From positions 744,001-808,000 of the forward strand of contig NW_027139559.1 in NCBI RefSeq assembly GCF_035084215.1: a DNA stretch of 64,000 nt, given 5' to 3'. Made by a program: the position numbers and the translations under genes. Of this stretch, positions 37,501 to 49,500 are shown piece by piece. Each line of letters begins with the position of its first letter. The stretch's first letter is position 1. Source of the stretch: Heptranchias perlo. Lineage: Eukaryota. The notes beneath the pieces were generated by a model that made no database searches, was not told the origin of the DNA, and saw nothing but the letters and a program-made list of their open reading frames with translations.

Positions 37501-40500
37501 TTATGATAATCCTGGCCGATATTTCGGGAGGTGGGGTGAGGGTAGGGCTTTGTATTTGCATTGAGTGTGGGCGATTGGATTCTGAAACTCAAAGCATCAT
37601 AATCGCAGTCGTGACTGACCTGGCGCAGAGTAAACTTTGTCTTATTGTTACAAATACGTATGGTCATTTAAAATCATAAGCTTCACTCTACGAGTGTTAT
37701 TCTACATTGAACTGACATGCTGCGTGATCGAAATAGCACCAAGCTGGGCCGCAAAACCGACCCCAAAGCAAGTCCTGTCCAACTACACCGAAGCTGAATC
37801 TACGGTGAGCTATCCGAGTTCGAATGCACTTCTTTAGCATCATCTGATTACATATTGTGGGATTCACAGATTGGCACCGTGAGAAGGACAGCACATCAAT
37901 TTGCTCACTTACTCGGTGCAGCTGGGCATACGTCGAGCCACGAACTGAAGGATGTGTTATTTGCAGTGTGAGATAAGCAGCACAGCGAGATATCCTCCAG
38001 CATGGAGGCATACCACACCCCATATAACTGCGGCTCCACCAACTCACTGAGATATCCACCGGAATGGATACTTACCTTATCCAATAGAAAGGAGGCTCCA
38101 CTAGTTCATCGAGATATCCACCGGAATGGATCAATAACATACCCCTTAGAATGGCAGCTCCACCCAGTCACCGAGATATCCTCCAGCATGGACAGATACC
38201 ATATGTGATGGAACGGCAGCTCCTCCAGATGGAGGTACCAAGATTCAGCAACATCTGCTTGGCTCTCCGCCAGCCAGTCATGATAGTTGCCCAATGTTGG
38301 ATACGTGAGCGTATTTTCCCATACCTGACCACCAGGTGCAGCCTTCCCTGACCTGGCCGATCTCAAAACAATTGTTTAGTCTCCTGCCTTGTGACTCCCA
38401 CAGGATACCAATTGTAACAGAAACTTAACAGAATGAACTGTGTTTGAGGTGATTGGTGTAATGGCTTCGTGCTGTTCTGTTTTTTGCAAGACTAGTTTTT
38501 TCCCGCCTTTCAGAAGGTGGTGAGTCTTTACAGATGGGCCTGGATGTCGCCCTGCCCACCAATTCTCCAACCTGGACAATTTGTTCAGGCGGAGCGTCTG
38601 CGCTTATCAAGTTTCAACGGGACACTCGAAATAACGTCCTGTTTTTCTCTTGGGAAGAAAATGCAGCGCCACCGTTGGCGGCAAGGACTCGCTGTCGGCT
38701 GGGATTCTCAAAGAATATTCTTCATCTCTGTCGCTCAGCTTTCCATTAGCCGAATCTATGTTTCTCCCTGACCTGTGTTTTAACTGAAGTGATATCAGCC
38801 AGAATGACGACGATGATAAGAAACAATGGTTCCACTTCATAGATCGCCTTTCACCCCTACAGGAGGTCCCAAAAGATTCACAACCAAATAATTACTTTTT
38901 AAAGTGTAATCGCTGTTACTTTTATAAACAACCCCGCAGCCAATAAACCCATAACAAAGGTCTAAGAGCATCACTTTCGTTAATGGGACGCTTAGTCTGT
39001 TTTTTTAAATAGTGTAGGTTCAGGACGGAATATAGGTCCCAGATTGCGGGAGAGTTCGCTGCTCCTTTAATCTCCCATGGGATCTTTAACACCCAGGTGA
39101 AAATTCCGACGGGGCCCAGGAGAAGCGTCTCATCTTAAACGCCACACCTTCGACAAAGCAGCACCCCCATGATTATTGTGCTGGAGTGTTAGCCTAGATT
39201 ATGGGCCGAAGTCCTGGAGAGGAGCTTGAACCCAGAATCTTCGAATTCAGAACCGAGAGAGCTGTCAATGAGCCAAGATGACACGAAACTGATAAGAGGA
39301 TAGTTCCAAACTCAATGAAACCTTTTACAATGGCATGGATTGATAGTTCAATATAAGAACAATAATACTTTCATTTATACAGCGCCTTTAACGCAGGAAA
39401 ACGACTCAACGCGCTTCACAGGAGCGCAATCAGACAAAATTTGATACCGAGCCATATAAGGAGATATTAGGACAGATGACCAAATGGTTGGGTAAAGAGG
39501 TAGGTTTATACAGGGTGTTAAAACAGAGAGAGTTGGAGAGTCGCAGAGGTTTAGGGAGAGAATCTCAGAGGTTAGAGCCAAGGCAGTTGAAGGCACGGCC
39601 GCCAGAAGTGGAGAGATGAAAACCAGGGATGGACAAGAGGCCAGAACTGGAGGAACGCAGAGATCTCGGAGCGTTGTAGGGCTGGAGGAGGTGACAGAGA
39701 TAGGGAAGGGACGAGGGCTATGGAGGGATTTGGACAAGAGGATGAGAATTTTAAAAATGAGGAATTGCCAGACCGGGAGCCAATTTAGCTCACCGAACAC
39801 AGGGGTGATGGATGGACTGAAATTGTTGTGAGTTAGAATACGGACAGCAGAGTCATGTTTACTGAGGATAGAAGCTGGGAGGCTGTCCAGGATACCATTG
39901 GAATAGTCGAGTCTGGAGGTAACAAATGCATGGATGAGAGTTTCAGCAGCAGATGGGTTGAGGCAGCCGCAGAGACGGGCGACGTTATGGAGGTGGAAGT
40001 AGACGGTCATGGTGATGGAGAGTATCTGGAGTCGGAAACTCAGCTCAGGGTCAATAAGGAACTCGAGGCTGCGAACAGTGGGATTCAGCCTCAGACAGTG
40101 GGCAGGTGGAGAGATGGAGTCGGTGACTGGGGAACAGAGTTGGTGGTGGGGACCAAAGATAATGGCTTTGGACTTCGCAATATTTAATTTGAGGAAATGT
40201 CTGCTCATCTAATACTGGATGTCGGATAAGCAGTGTGACAAATCAGAGAGAGTGGAGGGATCGAGAGTGGTGCTAGTGGGTTACAATTGGGTGTCGGCAG
40301 CATACATGCAGAATCTGACATTTTGTTTTCAGATGACGTAGCCAACGGGCAGCACGAAGATGAGAAATAGGAGGATCCAAATATAGATCGGTGGGGGGAC
40401 TCCAGAGGTAACGGTGTGGGAGCGGGAAAAGAAGTCATTGCGGGAGATGCCCAAGCAACGACTGGATGGATAAGAATCGAACCAGGCAATCAACAGCCTT

Positions 40501-43500
40501 GGTCAATAATTGTCATTCGAAAGGGTGACCGGATGTTAGTCGACCTTTATTAATTCCGTTCACAGGTCGATAACTCATGGGTCAATTTAAACCAGAGAAT
40601 GAATGTAACCTGATTAAAATCATCACGAGTGTTTGTAAAAAATTGGGGAATTGAAACGTGTTGCTCAGGTGGAATATTAGACAATGGACACCATAGATTT
40701 CTGGATCAAGGTTTAAACCATCATCACCAAGATAACACGTACACAAACAACGAATCGGGAAGTCAGGAGGTTTTCATTCTGCATTTATTGCGATTTGCGG
40801 AGCCACATACAGTCTAAAGCATCATTTCCTGTTTATCCAATAACGTCACTGAACCCTTCAAAGAATCTTCAAAAATATTGCAACTTGTATCAAGCGGTAT
40901 TAAGGTTATTCACCATTATCGGATTATACCCGTAATTATCCTTCATTCACTGATATATTCTCATAGATTTGCGAAATATCTAAACAATCGTTGGCTGATC
41001 TGGAGGCTGACTCAGATGCCCGAACATAACAGGTCTAACACTTCTATAGAAAACAGCTATTGAACCACGGGGGGTTATGTACACGATTGAAAACTGTCGG
41101 TTAGAACTAGTGAAACATTAACTAAAGTAGGTTTACCGTAAGATTTATTTATACTTCTGTGTAAATTCATTGTGAGAGACGGGTGTCCCACTAAACAGGA
41201 GTAAGTGGTCCCGCCGTTCCACTCCGCTGCGGTGACTCTCAGTCTGCTGACAATGGAGCTGGAACCACTTTCCTTCTCCGTGTCCGGTTGGGTGGTGTAA
41301 CCTGAATCCAAAAGGGTGTCATTGGCCATCCACGCGACGTAAATCTCGGCAGGGTAAAAACCGGTTGCTAAACACACCAGGGTTGCCGTCTTCTCAGTGT
41401 CAATCTCGACCGCTGATGGAGGCAGGACGTAGACTTTAGGAGGATACATTCCGTCAACTGGAAAGAGAACAATATTTGTTAAACTGAGTCTGTCTCTTGT
41501 CCGTCCTTCACTTCGCATTCCCGTCTGCTGGTAATTTGCGTCTTTGGACAATTGGAATTGTTATCTGAGAGAGTTTACACATTTCTCTGCGGGGCCATGG
41601 ATTTCTTTAATGTTCTTTCTTTTGGGAGTTTTCATTGTGACCTGATGTTATTTTGCTAAGAGTTGGGGACAATCTCATATTTGGATAACGATGATACTGT
41701 TGTGACGCAACAGTTTCAAACCGCTTACATTTTTCTCGCTATTCTTTACCCGTGGGGTGAATGGCAGGATCCCGGACTATGTTTCACTGATTATAAGAGC
41801 ATTTCATGATATCATAGAATTGTTACGGCCCGTCGAGTACGTGCCGTTTCTCTGCAAGAGCAATCCAGCTCGCCCCACTCCCCTGCCCGATTCCCGTATC
41901 CCTGCAAAATTATGTCCTCTGGTTCTTGACCCTTCATCCAATGGGAGCAGTCTCTCTCCATCGACACAGTTTCGACCCTTCATGATTTTGAATACCTCGA
42001 TCAAATGTTCTTGTAAACTTCTCTGTTCTAAGGAAAACAGCCCCATCTTCTCCAGTCTAACCACGTACCGAAGTCCTTCATCCCTGGAACCATTCCATTA
42101 AATCTCTTCTGCACTCTCCCCAAGGCATACACATCCTCCCTAAAGCGCGGTGCCCAGAACTGGTCACAATACTCCAGTTGTAATCGAACCACTGTTTTAT
42201 GAAGATTCATCATAACCACCTTGCTTTTGCACTCTCTGCCTCTATTTATAAATCCCAGGTTCCCCTAAGCTTTCTTAATCGCTTTCTCAACCTGCCCTGC
42301 CACCTTCAACGGTTTAGGCACATATACCCCCAGGTCTTTCTGTTCCTGCTCCCCTTTCAGAAATGTACCCTTTAGTTTATATTGCCTCTTCTCGTTCTTC
42401 CTTCCTAAAGGTATCAATTCACACTTTTCTGCGTTGAATTTCATCTGCCATGTGTCCGTCCATTCTACCAGCCTGTCGATATCATCTTGAAGTCTATCAC
42501 TATCCTTAATGTAGAAAATGAATGATCTTTGACGACCATTGATGGAGTAGGGTCAGTCTCAGAACGAATATTATCTGTGCTTACCCTTTACTTTTCTGGT
42601 GGAGATTTTCACTGGTGTTGGCAATTCAATGTCTTCCACGAAGCACAAATATTCAACCCCACTGCCCCATTCTGTCGTGGTGACTTTCAATTTACTAACG
42701 ATTGTGGATTTACTTCCATTCCACTCAGGAGCCTGAGTCTCCACTCCTTCCGTTCTCCGACTCCCATCCACTTGCCAGGACACGCTGACGTTTTCTAAAT
42801 CGCTATAAACGACTTCACAAACAATGGTCGCTGTTCGTTTGGTCCAAATCTCTTCAAAAGAAGGGTTCAGTATGATGACAGAAATGTCTGTCTCATGACA
42901 TACACCTGGAAAGAAGAGGGAATGGTCATTTCAAAGTGTCATGTTGAAACCACGGGTAATAACGACTGCAACATACTCAAAAAATTAAATTATACTTACT
43001 GTCGGCTGTTATGAGTTTTCTCAGCTTATTTCTGCTGAGCTATTAGGACAGAGCCCATCTGGGCTCGTTGCTTTCTTCCCTCTGGCTTATTTGGATGATG
43101 TCCTCCACAATATATCCGACCATTCCACTATTCGAGAACTGACTGGTTTTAAATGGGGACCTCATTTTGCCCGCTCTGGTGATACAAACCTTCACCAATC
43201 AGACTGACTGATGCTGGATGTCAAACGCTGCCCTGTGGCCTGTATGTGGTGGGTTCCAATAAACCTCATGTAAAGGTCCTATATTTTGCAGTCCTAAAGC
43301 TTGGGTCTGAAATGACATTGCCTCGGTCCGACCAATCAAATCAACGGCGAAAGCAAACGTGCCCTCAGCACCAATCTGCAGATGTTCTGCACCATTTGGC
43401 ACCGATTTTGCTCTTTCACTTAGAGAAGGTAGACAGTGTCGAGAAATACAAACTGCCACTCAGGCCGAGGAAAGAGCGCTTTTGGAAGGTTGAGCTTTAA

Positions 43501-46500
43501 GACGCATTGTTTGAAGAGTGTAAAGTGAGGAAGTCCATGATTTGACGATGATATACCTTGTCCACACTTGCTCGATATCTACACCTTGAGAGCAGGAACG
43601 GAAATACTACCAGAAAGTGGGAAAACACTCCTCCAGTTTTAAAGTGAAAGAGTCACTCTGACCGTCGAGATCGTTACTTTATACATGAGATACAATCTCA
43701 AAGAATCCTCACACCGCGTTCTCGTTGAAAGCTTAATGTATTACTCTGAAAATTATAAACGCCGCCTTCATTATATTCAACTGGGATGTCAACTCTGAAC
43801 TATCCAACACCCCCACAGTGGACCAAAGTGACGGGCCCATTGGCAATGGGCACGTCACTTTGGTCCACTGTGGGGGTGTCCAATATTAAAACTTTGTTTT
43901 GTAATCTTGCACTAAAATTGCTCCGTTTCTTTCAATGATGCCAATGCTCCAGAGGGGAGTGTTATAAAACCTGTTTCCAGACTGATTGTAATCACTTCCA
44001 TTCTCTCTCCTTCCAGCTTCTCAGATATGACCATATACTTGTCTACAGTGATCTCTGATTTAAACACATTAGATTATCATCCTTCCATAAAATGAGTGGG
44101 GTTTATTTCACAGTGTGTGTTCCAAGGTCACTCTTATCTGAAGGGGTTTGGCCATATCTTCATTTCCAAAAATGACCATCCTTTAGCAGTAAAACGACAT
44201 GATAGGAGGGCAAGAAGAAAACAGATGATTGGTTATATCAAGATGAATCATCTCCACAAGTTCAAGCAGGAAACTGAGTTACAACACAAAAGTATTTGGA
44301 AGGAACGAGCAGCAGAAATTTCACCTGAAGGAAATGCTGTGATTGCAGCAATGAGATCTTTACCTCAGTCTTCTAAAATGAAGACAATGGGCGACTTTAG
44401 TTTCGGGGAAGATTGACCTGGGATCTGTAATATACTAAGGGGAGAAAAAAGTGTGTGCTGCAAAGGAAGTCGAAGCCTTTGATTCACATTGGATGAGCAG
44501 ACCCGACGGGATAATATCGTTAATAACAACAGAAAATGCTGCAAAAATCAGTAGCTCTGCGGCATCTCTACACAGAAAGGATAGCGTGGGGCTGAGGAGG
44601 TCAGACAGTTCCAGAGACTGGGTTTGAGTTCTCAGTAAGGATCTTACAACACTATCTATCTTTACAGATTCTGACGGGCCTGCACTGTTTTTCTCGCAAT
44701 TACTATTCTAATTTCTGATTTACAGCATGCTAAGTTTAGTTTGAATTTTAACTGTACTAATTGGGATGTATTCCTGGATTCCCAACGAACGAAGTAAGGA
44801 AGCTTGCCAGACTCCTCCTGGTAGTTTAAAAGTCTGTTAATGCATGGCTCGCACCTGAGGGCACTACGATGCCACATTGGAAAATTGGAACCAAACCCAA
44901 ACAGGGAGAATCATGTAACAGTTTATGGAGCAGCAGATCTGGAGGAAAAGTCTGATGTACGTTTTACAGGATATTATTAATGATCGTCTAACAAATCCCA
45001 GTCACAGTGGAGTGAAATTGGTACAAACTATTGTTCTGGGAAGTCCACGTTAGGTTTTATGCCGCCACTGGGCTATTTGAGTAGACACCTAAATGCACTT
45101 CGATTTTCAGAAGAAACATCATTAAAAATCAACTTTCTCGGTCTGTGCAGAGCACGAATTATCAACGACCTAATAATAAATTGGGCAACCGCTGGAAAAT
45201 GGCCTTGGTACCATAGGTTAATGGTGCTGGCTTTCCTGGAGGGTAATTAGTTGTACTTCTCCACAACACTGTAGCGTCGATCCGCTGCTGCTTCATCTAA
45301 TAAATCAAGGAAAAGTCAACTGACATTTTCACATTTGTCAAAGACTGTTTTTGGAGTGGTCAGAATTGAGCGACAACCAAAAGGCATAATTCAGGGGCTT
45401 AACCTTGATATCTGAGGGAGCCAAAGATTGAGTGAAAACGTACAGAAGTTCTTATAGCAGCAACAAGTGTGGCGATTGTAGTTGTAACGATGTTCTTTTA
45501 CTCTGACTCTCATTCACCTGAGTTGCTGAAATAAACCGTGTCGGTGTTGGGTGAACTTCAGTCCGCTGAACATTCTGTGGAAATCTAATGATCCGGGAAT
45601 AGGACTAGAAATAACAAAACGAACAAGACTATTTTCATACATACGGAAGGTGGTAAAACCTTGATTAGGTCCCAGGTCCCGCGCTGAACTTTCCTCCCTA
45701 ATCCTCTCCGCCTCTCCCCCTCCTGCTCCCACTTTCAGACCATCCTCCAAACCCAACAAGCTTTTGGTCACACCTCATAATCTCCCCTTATTTAACTTGG
45801 TTATGTTTTCCTTAAAACTCTGTGCAACAGTATGAGGCGCTTAAAGGTGGGAAATAAATGTCTGTGTTTTATTGCTAATCCGGTACAGGCTTCACTGAGG
45901 AAGGTCGCCTTGGGTATCTCTCAAGTGGCCATTCTTCGTGAATCAGCAGAATGAGTGCGTTTCAACAGCCTACTCTACGGTGGAAGCAGCAGAGCCCCGT
46001 CCAATCCTGCCGTCAGCAGAGGTGCAAACACCCCGACTTCAACTAGGTCTCTCCCAATTGGAGGAAGAAACAAGAACGGGTGTCTGCACAGTTACCCGGA
46101 TGTGCGTAGTCCACCGTAACTTCCAAAAATCTACCAGTTGAGATCAGTTAACTCAGTGAAGATCGGGAGGTGAAACACAGGAGGAGGAGCCCGAGTTTGA
46201 GTCGAATAACAGTGTTTGCTATTATATCCCCTCTTTTCCTCACTGGTGTATGAGAACTATAGGTTGCCCTCCGTGACCTCATCCAATAGTCTATACTTTC
46301 TGAGTCCTCCTATGCAGTATCAGCAGGCCATTGTACAGTGAGGGCATCGCAGGCAACTCCTATCTTGTTGTTCCCAGAGTGACCATACACGCACTTATCA
46401 TAGACCAGGAGCAGAACAATGCGCTATTGCCACTTCACAAATCTATGGACACTAAGTCTGATTATAAGGTCCCGAACGCCACCAGGTGAGATCAACGAAC

Positions 46501-49500
46501 TCAGCAGTAATCGGGGATCCAACCAAAGATCTAGAGAAGATTAAAAGTTTCCCCAACCCTAGCACGGTGGTGCTGGGCCAGTTATTGAGCAAATGAGTCA
46601 ATTTGATTGAACAAAAACAATTCGAATTGAAACAAACTAATCACACGAGCGGAGTTTACACTCATCAAAACAAAAGGTCACATCATTGGGTTCAGTCAAT
46701 TAACACGTTATTTGTCTCCTCCTCTAACGTATAGCGCTGGCGGTTCGGAAGATTTGAACACTTGAAATGTACAACGTTCCTCACATCAATTGGTTCGGTG
46801 CCCTGTGAAATGGCTGTTTTTTTTTTTGTCTTGAATTTCGCTGCTGGCAACCACTCAGTGTCCAGCTAAACCTAAAGCAGGAAGTGCAGAGTGAAGTAAA
46901 CGCCACTCAAAGTCTTCTCCCCACATAGTATGGAACACTCTGCCTGGTGAAAAGTGGATTTCGTGTCTTCAGATACTGCATATTGTTGTTTAAAGAAAGC
47001 CCACAATCACCAGGGTACCGCGCAGTGAGGTTAAATAGATCCTTATCCTGCCCCTTCTTACTATTGGGTCCTCACATAGCTTGTGGCGGCGAACACATTC
47101 AGAGTGCTGATCATTTTATCGTCTAATTGCTGCCTGTGAAATAAAGCCGCATTAATTGATAGCCATAAATGTTGTTATATCTGTAACCTAGAGGGATGTG
47201 AGCGCTAGTGCCTGTGTGGTTCGGGTTTGGCCTTAGATTTAAGTAAAAATCATTATTGTGTGAAAGTATTTTGAAAATCTGTCCGTACCTTCCAGATTGC
47301 GGATGGTCGCCTTCACGCCGGATTGTGAAGGGGGATGTGAGGCGGTACAGGTGTATCTTGATCCTTTCTTCCATTCCTCTGAAGGCAAAATGAGATTGCT
47401 CCTTGTGCTGAAGGTTAGGTCCTGTTCAAGAGCACTGGGGAAACTGGTAACGTTCGCGCTTAAAGCAGCTCCGTCCTTCTCCCAGGAAACGATTATATTG
47501 TCAGGGTAGAATCCTGTTATCAGACATGTGAGAGTCGGGGCGCTCCTACTTTGACTCTCCTCTGGTGATGGAGGAAGGAGGCGGAGCTTTGGCTTCATTG
47601 GCTCGACTGTAACGGAAGTTCAACAAGTGTTAGTCTTCCATCCATTGCCATTCGAAATCATGTCAAAAGATATTTAACTCACCTCTTGTCTTTCCGATTC
47701 GTTTTAATACCGGAGGAGATGATTGATCCTGTTGTGCCGAACACGAGTATTCAACCCCGCTATCCCACTCTTCCACGCTGCTGGTCAAGTGGCTGATGGT
47801 CAGGTATTGGTTTCCATCCTTTTTAGCCGGTTCAATTTGAACTCCTTCATTCTTTATCTTTCCACCCACTGTCCAAGAGATGGTAACCTCAGTGGGAACC
47901 GTAGAGACCACTTCACACACCAGGGTGGCAGTTTTATTGAGCCAAACTTCGACAACGGAAGGGTCTCTGAGAAATACCGCGAGCTCTGTCAGTGAGAAAC
48001 GAGAGATTCAGAATCGGGGCGATGATTTAGTGTTGATGATTTCGGAAATTTAACAAGGATTTTAATTTGATTGATAATCCATAACACGGCAAGGTGTGAC
48101 CATGTATCTTACTGATTATTATTGAATTTTTAAAAATAATTTTGGTGTTTGCGCGTATGTTGAGTCGAATCAAAACTATGTACAACTCAACGAAACTAAG
48201 AGAGAGAGAGAGAAACAAGAGACAGAGAGAGAGGGACATAGAGAGATAGAGCGTGACAGACAGATAGGGAGAGAGGCAGGGAAATATACTGATGGAGAGA
48301 ATCAGAGAGAGAAGGACAGAGAGAAAGAAAAAGGAAGAGACAGGCGAACAGTTAGAGAGAAACAGGGTGAGAGAGCAAGACAGAGAGAGATGGAGAAAGG
48401 GGGACACAGAGAGAGAGAAAGGGACACACAGAGAGAAAGGAACAGAGAGAGACAAATTGAGAGAGACAGATATTGAGAGACAGCAGAGCGAGAGAGAGAT
48501 ACAGACAGAGAGAGAGAGAGGGACAGAGATAGAGAGGCACAGAGAGAGACAGCAGAGAGAGATGTAAGGACTTGCACAACACCAGGTGAAAGTCCAACAG
48601 TTTTATTTTCGTCACCTGACGAAGGAGGTAAGCTCCGAAAGCTTGTGATTTAAAATAAAACTGGTGGACTATAACCTGATGTTGTGCAAGTCCTTACATT
48701 TGTCCAGCCGTGTCCATCACCGGCATCTCCACATCATGACAGAGAGAGAGAGAGAGAGGGAGAGAAAGAAAGAGAGAAAGATTGACTGAATTCTACAGCT
48801 CAGATGGCCATTCGGTTCATCGTGTCTGCTGGCTCTCTGAATGTGCTATCCACTTAGTCGTATTCCCCGGCCCTTACCCGTGTCCTTTAAACAATTTTTT
48901 TAAAAGGAAGAACAGCTTATTGTTGCGGGTTTTGTGACCGTATCTGTAGGTTCAATCTTTATACAGCACCTCCTCTCTGTCTATCTCTCCCTCTTTCTTT
49001 CTGCTTTTCTCGTTTCTATCTCCGTCCGTCTCTCACCCGTTTCATTTTTTAAAACACATTTTTGTACTGATATCCAGTATCACACACAATAAATCCTCAC
49101 AAATGTAAAAAGTAACAGAACCGCATTGTTAAAGTTTGATCCCTAGTGTGTAAAACATACATTTCTGCTCTGTTTCCTTCCTGTTTCACGTGGATTGATC
49201 TGGTGAATTAATTAAATAGGATGTATCACAATTATTTGTAAATTGCTTGCAATATCATAAAAGTGTTTGATCAATGTGTTACCCTGACCATAGAATAATA
49301 TTCATGTATTTGTCAAGATCTCATAGTCATGCCTTTTGCAACATCCGCCTGGCAGCGAGCACCTTCAGGAACCTCAGCCATTGCTGCTGAAACATCCCCA
49401 ACTATCTTTACTGTCTCACTGCACCATAAACTGGCACAGATAAATTATCACAATAACATCCCAACTAATCCAATACTGAGAAAGAAAGTCAACATGTTTC

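Larger units (their letters stand above)
48195..48780. repeat. (GA)n/(GACA)n-rich microsatellite in the C1-C2 intron
   Basis: Purine-rich simple repeat interrupted by a Penelope-like element. Confidence 0.92.

Noticed and set aside
37976-38235. CRISPR array
   Set aside because: Vertebrate intron with no cas genes, and the 'spacers' are mutually similar. Kept only as a phased tandem repeat.
44364-44372. 9-nt micro-exon (cttcattttag|AAGACTGAG|GTAAAG) in the C3-C4 intron
   Set aside because: It contains an in-frame TGA in phase 1; no other support.
48027-48615. Glu/Arg- and Ser/Leu-rich ORFs
   Set aside because: They are translations of the (GA)n microsatellite.
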